From an uncultured Clostridia bacterium (GTDB lineage: Bacteria; Bacillota; Clostridia; Oscillospirales; Acutalibacteraceae): 64,000 bases of DNA. The notes beneath the pieces are model-generated. The model did no database searches. It worked only from the letters and a program-made list of their open reading frames with translations, and was not told the DNA's origin. This document shows positions 27,401-35,930 of the stretch, one piece after another (the stretch's first letter is position 1; each line of letters opens with the position of its first letter). The position numbers and the translations under genes are program-made. The stretch is taken from the NCBI GenBank assembly GCA_946484175.1, contig CAMLSX010000001.1, positions 7,559-71,558 on the forward strand, written 5' to 3'.

Positions 27401-27516
27401 CAAAGCTCTCCTGCACAATCGATGCAGGACGCGGCGTGAAAGTTTGGCTGGGTCTGAATGGCGAGCTGCTGGACAGCTACCAGAGCGGTGAAAGCTGCTG
27501 CACAGTAGAGGCATAA
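24406..27516 (+). CDS. Large (1036-aa) clan GH-A glycoside hydrolase, GH42-like core with an uncharacterised ~390-aa N-terminal region
   Basis: Start set at the ATG at 24406 (GGAG RBS); the track ORF starts at 24352. The central region has TIM-barrel hallmarks: GFNLLRAG, an IINEP acid/base motif, HWREWLREQYHGDISELRTRWG (GH42-like) and GQELG. The C-terminal region resembles a GH42 trimerisation/beta-sandwich arrangement. Family assignment is by pattern only. Confidence 0.6.
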   Translation: MKKIAVLNGSPGMKLSWLESSCTIEDFQITYMNCDNGLDADSLLSYDAVINTLGRYFEETSAPAIQKYYDQHGLVIHLGPNAMTVPYVVRDGKVIEYPEQVDMIRTTGCVDLYVPLDVKPAAMTVNAPHFKKLAAILSACTDVSGFCSANYNLLRGKVINENGVEPAPNLQICERIVPLLSMKNGQGSVLALPVVKTVSLEKGTMLYFNFTSEEFWNAAETRAAFWNCVAEEIDNSFAIYAEASFACYRPEESGAVYLNLFRTSKPEKTEKVSVHMTLLGTEELSFGSSDWKVLEERELEAVCGTEQTIALPTLPEGCYRVVFHVNGANETTASFYVLTREIMEKKAADFERLVLDSAVSPEFHTQGGVPAPVHGTTYFVSDVFRSCFLHMNPWLCDMDMREIAEKGFNLLRAGMWKETLVFYGKNGEIAERAIRAMEATFYTALCHGLTMQFVLGNVEMNNWDNSRSALHNPETQEKCYRVLGRFFREFHAFTNVQMDIINEPSYTSRVPWSTGRPSHDPDELKHWREWLREQYHGDISELRTRWGRAAVRYASFDEVPLPADDAFSRFYNRTTEYEFHVVVADFFRFARESYSKWCAGIMELRNRYAPEMVLLMGRDESIRIPCEQDEYFAGNIDTINWHQWQRNGIVFTEYMLNKVPDSICCGQELGMYQMENHRGQKRLNPEEIGKVLERKLLYSFGNWVQWQWMNDPYMPQVSENTLGIYRADRTETPGLDCCFGLAAAEQRTAPLMAGPDRAESNIIVVHPTSMHFSCDQRIAEESIRTAVRLLGYDLKEHFFVALEHTLSHYAAEGGKLYIVPSAGMLRRDTWELLLSLLKKGNQVLVTGSIEHDDYELDQNRIRALDNGFHVEPLCNCEMTEQGSVNFGRTTDYCDTMHALNKCVKADKENRLYEFKVGEGTLYYYPLPAELADDKSLAAGLYREVLARTGLAAGTFTMTEGGENSAVLIRVQKFEKAIVYTFVNEGEKATVRLTDNQTGAKLSCTIDAGRGVKVWLGLNGELLDSYQSGESCCTVEA

Positions 27517-27533
27517 AAATTTTATCTATAAGC

Positions 27534-27571
27534 AAAGCCACCTGCTTTATCAAGCAGGTGGCTTTTTTGTT
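27534..27571. terminator. Bidirectional rho-independent terminator
   Basis: AAAGCCACCTGCTT-TATC-AAGCAGGTGGCTTT followed by TTTTGTTT, between the convergent GH gene and the phosphoesterase gene. Confidence 0.8.
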
Positions 27572-27575
27572 TATC

Positions 27576-28130
27576 TTATTTTATCTGGGGAAGACGCTCA
27601 CTGCGATAAATTTCGCCGCTCATCGTCTTAAAAATCACTTCTTCATCCCTCAGAATCACATAGCTGTGATGGCTTTTCTCTTTGGGAATTGCCACCGAAC
27701 CGGGATTCAGGTACCAGTTTTCGCCCATTTTTTCCCACTTCGGCACATGTGTGTGGCCGTTGAGCAAAATATCTCCTGAACGAAGGAAAGGCGGATTTTC
27801 GGGATTCACATGATGGCCATGGCTGGCATAGATCATACGGCCATTCCAGTACAAAAGGCAGGTTTCGGTTAGAATCGGAAATTCCAGCACCATCTGGTCT
27901 ACTTCGGTATCGCAGTTTCCACGGATGCACATGATAGAATCTTTGATTTCATTGAGCATGGGAATGACTGCCTTGGGATTGTATTCGCGAGGCAAGTCAT
28001 TGCGAGGGCCATGATACAGGATATCTCCCAGCAGCAAAAGCCGATCTGGCTGTTCTTTCTGGAATAGATCTACCAGCTTACGGCAATAATGCGCTGAACC
28101 GTGAATATCGGAAGCAATCATCAATTTCAT
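27576..28130 (-). CDS. YfcE/MJ0936-family metallophosphoesterase (phosphodiesterase)
   Basis: MKLMIASDIHGS...LLLGDILYHGPRN...GNCD...SHGH...GHTH metallophosphoesterase motifs. Start set at ATG 28130 because a strong terminator occupies 28150-28185. Confidence 0.85.
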   Translation of the reverse strand: MKLMIASDIHGSAHYCRKLVDLFQKEQPDRLLLLGDILYHGPRNDLPREYNPKAVIPMLNEIKDSIMCIRGNCDTEVDQMVLEFPILTETCLLYWNGRMIYASHGHHVNPENPPFLRSGDILLNGHTHVPKWEKMGENWYLNPGSVAIPKEKSHHSYVILRDEEVIFKTMSGEIYRSERLPQIK

Positions 28131-28149
28131 GACAGTCATCCTTTCCAAA

Positions 28150-28185
28150 AGCAAAAACCGCCTGCCCATTCATCACAGGCAGGCG
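28150..28185 (-). terminator. Rho-independent terminator after the pgi / small P-loop gene pair
   Basis: Minus strand CGCCTGCC-TGTGATGAATG-GGCAGGCG followed by GTTTTTGCTTTT. Confidence 0.75.
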
Positions 28186-28203
28186 ATCCTTTTTATAAAG
28201 CAA

Positions 28204-28620
28204 TTAGATGGTGTTCACCATAGCCAGCACCTCGGCCGGAATCTCGCTCTCATCAGCAGAGATGGAAAGCGTGAAAGTCACATTAGCTTCTTCGGAAAGC
28301 TTCTTGGCCTTCGTGATCAGGTCGGTGAGGGCTGCCATATCCTGGCCGATAATCTTCAGAGTAGAATCCAGCAGGATGTCGGTCACATCGTAGTTGCCAG
28401 CGCAGATGCCGCACAGGAAACCTTCCAATGCATCCAGACCCTTGATGCCATAAGCATCACTGTCAATCAAACGAGCTTTATGGGTAATATCGTAAGTCAG
28501 CTTCAGGCCTTTTTCGATAACAACCACGTTGCCGTTGGAAGTCTCAACTGCCTTGTTGGCATAATCAATGAGCTTCTTGGTCTTGCCGGAGCCTTTTTTG
28601 CCGATAAATACATTAATCAT
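28204..28620 (-). CDS. Small (138-aa) P-loop protein of unknown function
   Basis: MINVFIGKKGSGKTKKLIDYANKAV... has a Walker A GxxGSGKT and a hydrophobic strand plus acidic residue (VVVIEKG). AGGAGG RBS. No convincing terminator between it and pgi. Confidence 0.6.
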   Translation of the reverse strand: MINVFIGKKGSGKTKKLIDYANKAVETSNGNVVVIEKGLKLTYDITHKARLIDSDAYGIKGLDALEGFLCGICAGNYDVTDILLDSTLKIIGQDMAALTDLITKAKKLSEEANVTFTLSISADESEIPAEVLAMVNTI

Positions 28621-28671
28621 AATGAGGTTCCTCCTAAGTATTTTTTCCTCCGCAGAAAAACTGCCGCGGAA

Positions 28672-30012
28672 TTACTTCTTCAATCTTGCTTCCAGTGCTG
28701 CCTTGGCGTCTTCATAGCCGGGCTTACCCAGAAGAGCAAACATATTCTTCTTGTAGCTTTCCACACCGGGCTGGTCGAAAGGATTCACGCCCAGCATATA
28801 ACCGGAGATTGCGCAGGCCTTTTCGAAGAAGTAGATCAGGCGGCCCAGGGAATCTTCGGAGAAATCCGGTACACGGATAATGCCATTGGGTACGCCGCCG
28901 TCACAGTGTGCCAACACAGTACCTTCAAAGGCTTTCTCGTTGATGTAAGCCATGGTTTTGCCTTCGAGGAAATTCAGGCCGTCCACATTCTCGGGGTCGT
29001 TGCCGATGACGATTTCTTTCTTAGCCTTATCGAACAGCACGACCGTCTCGAACAGGTTACGGCTGCCATCCTGAATAAACTGACCCATGGAGTGCAGGTC
29101 GGTAGAGAAAACCACAGAAGCCGGGAACAGGCCTTTCTGGTCTTTACCTTCACTCTCGCCATACAGCTGTTTCCACCATTCATTCATCATGGTGTAGCAG
29201 GGCTCATAGCTGACCATCACTTCTGTACCCTTGCCCTTGCGATACAGAATATTGCGTACAGCTGCATACTGATAGCAGGGATTCGTTTCCATATCGGGGT
29301 TGTTGTACTCTGCCTGTGCAGCAGCTGCACCAGCCATCAGAGCGTCGATATCTGCGCCGCTGACTGCGATAGGCAGCAGGCCTACTGCGGTCAAAACGGA
29401 AAAACGTCCGCCAACATCATCCGGAACCACGAAGGTCTCATAGCCTTCACGATCTGCCAGCTGCTTCAACGTGCCGCGGGCACGGTCGGTGGTACAGTAA
29501 ATGCGCTTGCGGGCTTCTTCCTTACCGTACTTCTTCTCCAGCAGCTCGCGGAACACGCGGAATGCGATAGCGGGCTCGGTAGTCGTACCGGATTTGGAAA
29601 TCATGTTAATGGAAACATCCCGGCCTTCGCAGATTTCGATCAACTCTGCCAGAGCAGTGGAGCTGATGCTGTTACCTGCAAAATAGATGTCGGGGGTATC
29701 CTTCTTCATGTTGTTATAGCGGTCAGACTTTAAAAATTCAATGGCCGCGCGGGCACCCAGATAAGAGCCACCGATACCAATGACCACAAAAACATCGGTA
29801 TCCTTTTTAATTTTTTCAGCAGCTGCCTTGATACGGGCAAATTCCTCTTTGTCGTAATCTGTGGGCAAAGTTACCCAACCGATAAAATCGTTGCCCAGAC
29901 CGGTACCATTGTGCAGCATATCATGAGCCAGCTTAACCTGGGGAGCGATGGCACAGTATTCCTTTTCGCGAATAAAGGAAGAGAGGTGCTGTTTTTCAAA
30001 CTTGATTGACAT
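28672..30012 (-). CDS. pgi: Glucose-6-phosphate isomerase
   Basis: 446 aa, [15 protein letters not shown]...SKSGTTTEP...GGRFS; Firmicute-type PGI. Confidence 0.93.
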   Translation of the reverse strand: MSIKFEKQHLSSFIREKEYCAIAPQVKLAHDMLHNGTGLGNDFIGWVTLPTDYDKEEFARIKAAAEKIKKDTDVFVVIGIGGSYLGARAAIEFLKSDRYNNMKKDTPDIYFAGNSISSTALAELIEICEGRDVSINMISKSGTTTEPAIAFRVFRELLEKKYGKEEARKRIYCTTDRARGTLKQLADREGYETFVVPDDVGGRFSVLTAVGLLPIAVSGADIDALMAGAAAAQAEYNNPDMETNPCYQYAAVRNILYRKGKGTEVMVSYEPCYTMMNEWWKQLYGESEGKDQKGLFPASVVFSTDLHSMGQFIQDGSRNLFETVVLFDKAKKEIVIGNDPENVDGLNFLEGKTMAYINEKAFEGTVLAHCDGGVPNGIIRVPDFSEDSLGRLIYFFEKACAISGYMLGVNPFDQPGVESYKKNMFALLGKPGYEDAKAALEARLKK

Positions 30013-30053
30013 TTTGAAACCTCCTCTTTTTTAGTAGGGTTCGCCATGCATAC

Positions 30054-30082
30054 ATTGTACAATATTCTAATGCATTTTGCAA
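30054..30082 (-). promoter_or_regulatory. Putative sigma-70 promoter of pgi
   Basis: Minus strand TTGCAA (30077-30082), 17 nt, TACAAT (30054-30059). Confidence 0.55.
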
Positions 30083-30135
30083 GAAGACTCTCTAATATTG
30101 ATAATTTATTTTTCTTCTTTTTTCATTGTGTTGTT

Positions 30136-31281
30136 TTACTCAAAACATACCAGTTCACAAAGCAGCCGCCAAAAGCACTTTTGCCAATCAAGTTCTTCGA
30201 CTGCTGTACGGGACAGCACCGGCACCTCCAGAAGCGTTTCTTCTCCCAGCCGAAAAACAGCCTCTCCAACTCTCTGTCCCTCTTCTATCGGTGCGCGTAC
30301 GCTTTCCGGCAAGGAGAGCTCTGTGGTAATTTCCTCCTGTTTTCCTTTGGGAATCAGCACGGATAACACTCCCTTTTCGGAAGATTGTGTTTCCACAGCG
30401 TCTTGCATTCCATTAGCTATCGAAAGCAACGGCAGCTCCGGCAGTGAAACCGTTACCCGTTCCCAGCCTGCAAACCCCATATCCAGCAGCTGTGCGGCCG
30501 AATCAAACCGGTCTTTGGTGGAAGAGCATCCCAGCACAACGGCAATCAGGCTGAGCCCGTTGCGTTCTGCAGTGGCAGAAATACAGCTTCCGGCCTTGCC
30601 GGTAGTGCCGGTTTTCAGCCCGGTAATGCCGTTGTAGGTTTTGAGCAGCTTATTCGTGTTTACCAGCTGTGTCTCTCCGCCACGCACGCTGTCCATCCAG
30701 ATCTGGGTATAATCAAAAATACGCTCATGTGCAATGAGCGCGCGGCTCATCAGGGCAACATCATAGGCACTGGTCAAATGCCCATCTTCATCCAGGCCAT
30801 TGCAGTTTTTAAAGGTGGTATCCTCCATTCCAAGCGCTTCTGCTTTTCGGTTCATCTGCGCAACAAAATCCTCTTCGCTGCCTGCTATATATTCTGCCAG
30901 AACCACTGCTGCATCGTTGGCGCTCATGATAACGGTCGCTTTCAGCAGGTCATCCACACTCATGACCTCCCCTTCCTTCAGCCAGATATCCGAACCGCCC
31001 ATGGAAGCTGCATGTGCACTGGCTGCCACCTCATCTTCCAACTTGATGGTACCGCTGTCCAATGCTTCCATCACCAGCAGCAACGTCATAACCTTGGTAA
31101 TCGACGCACAGGGGCGCTTTTCATGTGCATTTTTTTCAAACAGCACTTTCCCGCTCCCGGCATCCATCAGCACTGCCGACGGAGCTGCGATTGACTCTGC
31201 TGAAACTGCTTCTACGGTGGGGGTACACGTTCCTGCGGCAAGCAGCATCGCAAGCACGCCCGCTATCATTTTTTTCTTCAA
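30136..31281 (-). CDS. D-alanyl-D-alanine carboxypeptidase (S11 PBP5/DacB-like)
   Basis: SITK (SxxK) motif, SAND (SxN) and KTGTT (KTG) motifs, and a signal peptide. Start proposed at the TTG at 31281, 6 nt after AGGAGGTG (MKKKMIAGVLAML...). The track ORF extends to 31326. Confidence 0.85.
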   Translation of the reverse strand: MKKKMIAGVLAMLLAAGTCTPTVEAVSAESIAAPSAVLMDAGSGKVLFEKNAHEKRPCASITKVMTLLLVMEALDSGTIKLEDEVAASAHAASMGGSDIWLKEGEVMSVDDLLKATVIMSANDAAVVLAEYIAGSEEDFVAQMNRKAEALGMEDTTFKNCNGLDEDGHLTSAYDVALMSRALIAHERIFDYTQIWMDSVRGGETQLVNTNKLLKTYNGITGLKTGTTGKAGSCISATAERNGLSLIAVVLGCSSTKDRFDSAAQLLDMGFAGWERVTVSLPELPLLSIANGMQDAVETQSSEKGVLSVLIPKGKQEEITTELSLPESVRAPIEEGQRVGEAVFRLGEETLLEVPVLSRTAVEELDWQKCFWRLLCELVCFE

Positions 31282-31339
31282 TTCAGGCACCTCCTGTTTA
31301 TACCATGCGGCACAACTCTGCCACAAAATTTCTGATCGA

Positions 31340-32632
31340 TTATTCCAGCACTTTCATCACATTCTCCATTTCTTCCTCTGTCTGTTCTGTGTCCAGATAG
31401 TCCCACGAGTAAAACATAAAGCCGTCACAGTCGATCTCCCGTCCAGCCATTACCTGACGGGCCAGAATATCATTGGACGTCTGCCAAGTGCCGTCATCTG
31501 CGTCGGAACCGGCTTTATACACGGCAAGCCCCACATAAAAATCAATGGAATCTTCCAGAATCAATGATTTCCAGGTCTCAATGGTCTCAGTAAATGGAAG
31601 GGCTTCATTCTCAAAATTCACATACATTTGCGGGCAGATATAATCCAGATAGCCTTTTGCTGCACACCAAGTAGAAATATCGGCTCCCATCGCCTTATCA
31701 TTGGAAAGATTCCCCTGTGGTGCAATTCCAAAAAACACTTCCGGATTTTCTGCTTTCATTTTCTGATAGACCAGCGATATCAATGCATTGATGTTGGCGG
31801 TACGCCACTCGAACAGAGATAAGGCTGCATAACCACTTTTTTTGGCATCGGCGGTATACGCACTGTACGCGTCCTGATCAAAAGAAGCATCCTGCGTAGG
31901 ATAGAAATAATCGTCAAATTGTACCCCGTCCACATCATAGCTGCGGACAATCTCCGCTACCCCCTCTGCAATATAGCTGCGCACGCCTTCATAGGCCGGA
32001 TTGTAATAAATGCCGCTGTCTGTTTTAACTGTCCAGCCTTTTTTGCTGCTGTCCTTTTGCCAGAGCTTATACGGGTTATCCTCCGAAAGGATGGAAGGGG
32101 TCTTGCTCGCCTGAATACGCAGAGGATTCACCCACGCGTGGATCTGCATACCCGCTTTATGAGCTGCTTCTACCATATAGGCCAGCGGGTCATATCCAGG
32201 GTCTACTCCCTGCGTGCCGCCAACCGCATGCGACCATGGAAAATATTCGGATGGATACAGAGAATCTCCAAACGGCCGCACATGTACAATCAGGGTATTC
32301 ATCCCCTTTTCCAGCGATGTTTCCACAATCTTATCAAATTTTTTCCGGAACGCTTCTTCCCCTTCTCCACCAGTTTCCAGAGACATTACCGGCACCCATA
32401 CAGCGCGCATCTCTTCCTCTGCTGAAACCAAGGTACTCTTCACACTCGATTCTTCTTTTCTTACAGTAGAAACCGTAGATTCCTGTGAGGATGAAGGCAA
32501 AACCGTTTCTTCATTCTTCGGCATAAACGCCCCGGCAATCATTGTCGCCGCTACTGCTGCCGCCAGCATACCAAACGCCATCAATCGGGGATACCGGAGC
32601 CGAATATTCCACAGGAAACGTCTTCTTCTCAT
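31340..32632 (-). CDS. Glycosyl-hydrolase-like 10 (GHL10/DUF187, YngK-like) lipoprotein/secreted protein
   Basis: MRAVWV...MNTLIVHVRPFGDSLYPSEYFPWS...GMQIHAWVNP pattern. Start set at the ATG at 32632 (MRRRRFLW..., followed by a TM/signal segment). Confidence 0.75.
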   Translation of the reverse strand: MRRRRFLWNIRLRYPRLMAFGMLAAAVAATMIAGAFMPKNEETVLPSSSQESTVSTVRKEESSVKSTLVSAEEEMRAVWVPVMSLETGGEGEEAFRKKFDKIVETSLEKGMNTLIVHVRPFGDSLYPSEYFPWSHAVGGTQGVDPGYDPLAYMVEAAHKAGMQIHAWVNPLRIQASKTPSILSEDNPYKLWQKDSSKKGWTVKTDSGIYYNPAYEGVRSYIAEGVAEIVRSYDVDGVQFDDYFYPTQDASFDQDAYSAYTADAKKSGYAALSLFEWRTANINALISLVYQKMKAENPEVFFGIAPQGNLSNDKAMGADISTWCAAKGYLDYICPQMYVNFENEALPFTETIETWKSLILEDSIDFYVGLAVYKAGSDADDGTWQTSNDILARQVMAGREIDCDGFMFYSWDYLDTEQTEEEMENVMKVLE

Positions 32633-32799
32633 TTCTCTCCGTCCTTTCGTTTTCTGGTTCTCGTTTATCTCTATGCGCCAGCCAGATGGAATATCCCCGT
32701 ATAGAGAAGAAAGAGATTTCATCTTGACATGCCGATTGTTTTAATGATACAATTTTTACAAAAATAAATCGTAAAATTTGTTGAGGAGGTAAACAATCC

Positions 32800-33822
32800 G
32801 TGAGAAAACTAGAAGGATTTCAAAAAGGCGTCAATCTGGGCGGATGGTTTTCCCAGCTTTGGGAAAATTCAGAGGAAAACTACCGCAGTTTTATTACAGA
32901 AAGTGATTTCGAAAAAATCGCTTCCTGGGGAATGGATCATGTGCGCGTTCCGGTAGATTATACGCTGGTAGAAACAGAGGAAGGCTCTTATAAACCGGAA
33001 GGCTTTGCACATTTGGATCGCTGCGTGCAGTGGTGCCGCAAGTATCATCTGAATATGATTCTTGACCTGCATGAAACCGCCGGATATTCTTTTGACCGTC
33101 CTGGCGATAGTAAGGGATTTTTCGACGATCTCCCTCTGCAGGATCGTTTTTGCGCACTGTGGACACAATTTGCAAAGAGATACGGAAAAGATTCCGATAT
33201 GATAGCATTTGAACTGCTGAACGAAATCGTGGACCCTTCTGTTGCACAGAAATGGAATGGCATCGCCCGCCGTGCAGTGGAAACCATCCGTCAGGATGCC
33301 CCGGATACTTGGATCTTGATTGGCGGAATCCTGTACAACAATGTCACCGCCATTAAACTGCTGGACCCGCCGTATGACGATCACATCGTTTACAATTTCC
33401 ACTGCTATGAACCCATGCTGTTTACACATCAGGGTGCTGGTTGGATAGATTGCATGCCTCATGACTTCCGGATTTCTTACCCCGGAACCACCAAGGACTA
33501 TGATAACTGTATGAAAGAACTGGGACTCCCTCATTTCTTCTCACCTGCCGGTACAGAAGAGCTGGGCGCTGCCTATTTTGATTCTCTGTTCTCAGAAGCA
33601 GTTGCAGTTGCACAGGAGCGCAATGTGCCGCTGTATTGCGGTGAATATGGTGTAATTGACCGTGCTGACTTGGATGCCACGCTCGCCTGGTTCCGCGATA
33701 TTCATTCTATTTTTGAAAAATACGGGATTGGACATGCAGCCTGGAACTATAAAGAGCGCGACTATGGCCTGATTGGTGAGCACTATGCCCCCATTCTGGA
33801 TGAACTTTTGAAAGTACTGTAA
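32800..33822 (+). CDS. Glycoside hydrolase family 5 protein (cellulase-like)
   Basis: 340 aa, GTG start after GAGGAGG. GVNLGGWF...DHVRVPVDY...ILDLHE...ELLNEI (acid/base NE)...YCGEYG (nucleophile). Confidence 0.85.
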   Translation: MRKLEGFQKGVNLGGWFSQLWENSEENYRSFITESDFEKIASWGMDHVRVPVDYTLVETEEGSYKPEGFAHLDRCVQWCRKYHLNMILDLHETAGYSFDRPGDSKGFFDDLPLQDRFCALWTQFAKRYGKDSDMIAFELLNEIVDPSVAQKWNGIARRAVETIRQDAPDTWILIGGILYNNVTAIKLLDPPYDDHIVYNFHCYEPMLFTHQGAGWIDCMPHDFRISYPGTTKDYDNCMKELGLPHFFSPAGTEELGAAYFDSLFSEAVAVAQERNVPLYCGEYGVIDRADLDATLAWFRDIHSIFEKYGIGHAAWNYKERDYGLIGEHYAPILDELLKVL

Positions 33823-33832
33823 TGGATATTGC

Positions 33833-33866
33833 AATGCCTCCGGGAACTCCGGAGGCATTTTTCCTT
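33833..33866 (+). terminator. Rho-independent terminator
   Basis: AATGCCTCCGG-GAACT-CCGGAGGCATT followed by TTTCCTTTT. Confidence 0.75.
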
Positions 33867-33943
33867 TTCTATGCACTGGCATTGACAGAAAAATACAAAT
33901 CCTGTAGCATAATAAAAAACAAGACCTTTGCGGAGGAAAGATT

Positions 33944-34240
33944 ATGTCCTTACTCATACAGCACCGATATGAAATATTGGCCGTCTGGCTGGCCGTTATC
34001 AACCTTCTGGCAATAGCGGCCACTATACGCGATAAACATAGCGCCCAGCAGGGACGATGGCGCATCCGCGAACGTACGCTCCTGCTGCTGGGGGCTTTGG
34101 GCGGCTCTCTGGCTATGCTGCTAACCATGCGGAAGATTCATCATAAAACCCGTCATCCAAAATTCATGATTGGCCTGCCGGTACTATTGGCAGTTCAAAT
34201 CGTCCTGTTAGTGTTGGCTGTTTGGAAGTGGGGATTTTAA
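33944..34240 (+). CDS. DUF1294 family small membrane protein
   Basis: 98 aa, DKHSAQQGRWRIRERTLLLLGALGGSLAMLLTMRKIHHKTRHPKF; DUF1294 signature. Confidence 0.8.
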   Translation: MSLLIQHRYEILAVWLAVINLLAIAATIRDKHSAQQGRWRIRERTLLLLGALGGSLAMLLTMRKIHHKTRHPKFMIGLPVLLAVQIVLLVLAVWKWGF

Positions 34241-34255
34241 AAAGGAGGAAAGAGA

Positions 34256-34978
34256 ATGTCACAGGTTCGTTACCCGGTACTGCTGCTGGATGCAGACGGC
34301 ACCCTGTATGATTTTGAAACCTCTCAAGCTAAAGCGTTGGAAGCTGCCTATTGCGGTGCCGGTTTCAAAGAAACACAGCCCTATACACAGGAAATCCTTT
34401 CCTGCTACAGCCGTATCAATCAGAGTTGGTGGCGGCGGTTAGAGCGTGGAGAATGTACGAAAGAACAACTGCAATTGGGACGATTTCGGGATTTCTTTGC
34501 GGAATTGGGAATCTCTTTTGACCCTTCGGAATTTAACCGTATGTATATGGAAGAGTTGGGGAACGGTTCTTATCTTCTCCCCCATGCACTAGAGGTTTGC
34601 CAGGAGCTGGCGCAGGACTGTGCGCTGTATATTGTTACAAACGGTGTCTCACGCACCCAGCGGCGGCGCATTGGTGGCTCTGCATTGGCTGGCCTTTTCC
34701 GCGGATTATTTGTTTCAGAAGAAGCTGGTGTCCCCAAGCCGGAAATCGGGTATTTTGAGTATGTATTTCGCCAGCTTGGGGAGATTGAGCGTTCCAAGAT
34801 TTTGCTGGTAGGCGACTCTCTGACTTCTGACATGCAGGGCGCGGAAAATGCCGGGCTGGATTCCTGCTGGTTTAATCCCCATGCGCTGCCCCGACCGGAA
34901 CACCCCTCCATCACCTATCAAATTCATGATTTGCGGCAGCTTCCCGAAATCGTTCGCACTGGAAAAATCGGCCTGTAA
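34256..34978 (+). CDS. HAD-IA hydrolase (YjjG-like nucleotidase family)
   Basis: 240 aa, LLLDADGTLYDF (DxDxT)...VTNG...VGDSLTSDMQGAENAG. Confidence 0.8.
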   Translation: MSQVRYPVLLLDADGTLYDFETSQAKALEAAYCGAGFKETQPYTQEILSCYSRINQSWWRRLERGECTKEQLQLGRFRDFFAELGISFDPSEFNRMYMEELGNGSYLLPHALEVCQELAQDCALYIVTNGVSRTQRRRIGGSALAGLFRGLFVSEEAGVPKPEIGYFEYVFRQLGEIERSKILLVGDSLTSDMQGAENAGLDSCWFNPHALPRPEHPSITYQIHDLRQLPEIVRTGKIGL

Positions 34979-35057
34979 AAAAATCTGCTGAAACGCTGTA
35001 ACAACAATTGCCTCTTCGCCATACACTGTAATGTAAACCGAAAGGAGGCAATTCAAT

Positions 35058-35186
35058 ATGTGCAACAACAACTTTGGTGGATGCTCTTGGATTATCATCA
35101 TTCTTCTGATCCTGTGCTGCTGCGGATGCGGCAACAACCTGGGCAGTGGTAACAACGACTGCGGATGCGGCAACAGCTGCTGCTAA
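35058..35186 (+). CDS. 42-aa Cys/Gly/Asn-rich tiny membrane peptide (not in ORF track; YjcZ/Tiny_TM-like resemblance)
   Basis: ATG 8 nt after AAAGGAGG. Peptide MCNNNFGGCSWIIIILLILCCCGCGNNLGSGNNDCGCGNSCC, then TAA. A strong terminator follows at 35196-35232. Confidence 0.65.
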   Translation: MCNNNFGGCSWIIIILLILCCCGCGNNLGSGNNDCGCGNSCC

Positions 35187-35195
35187 CCCCAGCAA

Positions 35196-35232
35196 AGCCG
35201 AAGGCGGACGCTTTTGCGTCCGCCTTCGGGCT
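35196..35232 (+). terminator. Rho-independent terminator of the small peptide gene
   Basis: AGCCGAAGGCGGACGC-TTT-TGCGTCCGCCTTCGGGCT (16-bp stem). Confidence 0.7.
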
Positions 35233-35240
35233 ACATAAAA

Positions 35241-35269
35241 AATTTGCCGGGATTATATACCGGCAAATT
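35241..35269. terminator. Bidirectional A/T-flanked hairpin after rlmH
   Basis: AATTTGCCGG-GATTATATA-CCGGCAAATT flanked by A and T runs, immediately 3' of the rlmH stop. Confidence 0.65.
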
Positions 35270-35271
35270 TT

Positions 35272-35751
35272 TTATTTATGATACTTCCCATGATTCTGGA
35301 TCTGAAAAGCGCGATAAATCTGCTCGCAAAGCATTACGCGTGCCAGCTGGTGCGGGAACGTCATAGGCGACATAGACAGACGCATTGTCCCCGCACGTTT
35401 TACTTTATCTGCCAAACCAAATGAACTGCCTATAACAAAACTCACCGAAGAAAAACCGCGTGAAGCCAAATCTTCTAATCTTTGTGCCAATTGAGGAGAA
35501 GAGATCTCTTTTCCTTCAATACACAACGGAATCACTGCACTGCCCTTTGCCGCAGCCAGTAACTTTTCGCCCTCTTCTTCCAACGCCTTTTCAATCAAAG
35601 CCGGAGAAGGGTCATCCGGCAAACGGCTTTCCGGCAATTCTACAATAGAAAAGGTACAGAATGCTTTCAGTCGTTTTGCATATTCTGCACAAGCCTCCCG
35701 CCAGTAAGATTCTTTGAGCTTTCCCACACACAGGATTTGAACATTCATCAT
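35272..35751 (-). CDS. rlmH: 23S rRNA (pseudouridine1915-N3)-methyltransferase
   Basis: 159 aa, ILCVGKLKESYWREACAEYAKRL...FVIGSSFGL...SMSPMTFPHQLARVML...YH; SPOUT RlmH pattern. Confidence 0.9.
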   Translation of the reverse strand: MMNVQILCVGKLKESYWREACAEYAKRLKAFCTFSIVELPESRLPDDPSPALIEKALEEEGEKLLAAAKGSAVIPLCIEGKEISSPQLAQRLEDLASRGFSSVSFVIGSSFGLADKVKRAGTMRLSMSPMTFPHQLARVMLCEQIYRAFQIQNHGKYHK

Positions 35752-35930
35752 AATGCCTATCCCCTTTTTTTAATCTTCCAAGTTTTTTCAGTATATCATA
35801 GCATTTAAAATAGTGCAACGAAAGCCATATTCTCTCACAGAACCCTATCGACTTTTACCATAAAAACATTTAACATTAAATTGTTATATAGTTAAATAAT
35901 GAAAGACTACAACAAATGAGGAGGATTCTG

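Noticed and set aside
33592-34128. 178-aa minus-strand ORF spanning the GH5 3' end, terminator and DUF1294 gene.
   Set aside because: It is antisense to two supported genes and crosses a rho-independent terminator. It has no RBS and no recognisable motifs.
35058-35186. RiPP / lanthipeptide or sactipeptide precursor interpretation of the Cys-rich peptide.
   Set aside because: The neighbouring genes are a HAD hydrolase and rlmH. No radical-SAM, LanM/LanBC, YcaO, protease or exporter genes are adjacent. A central hydrophobic helix fits a membrane micro-protein better.
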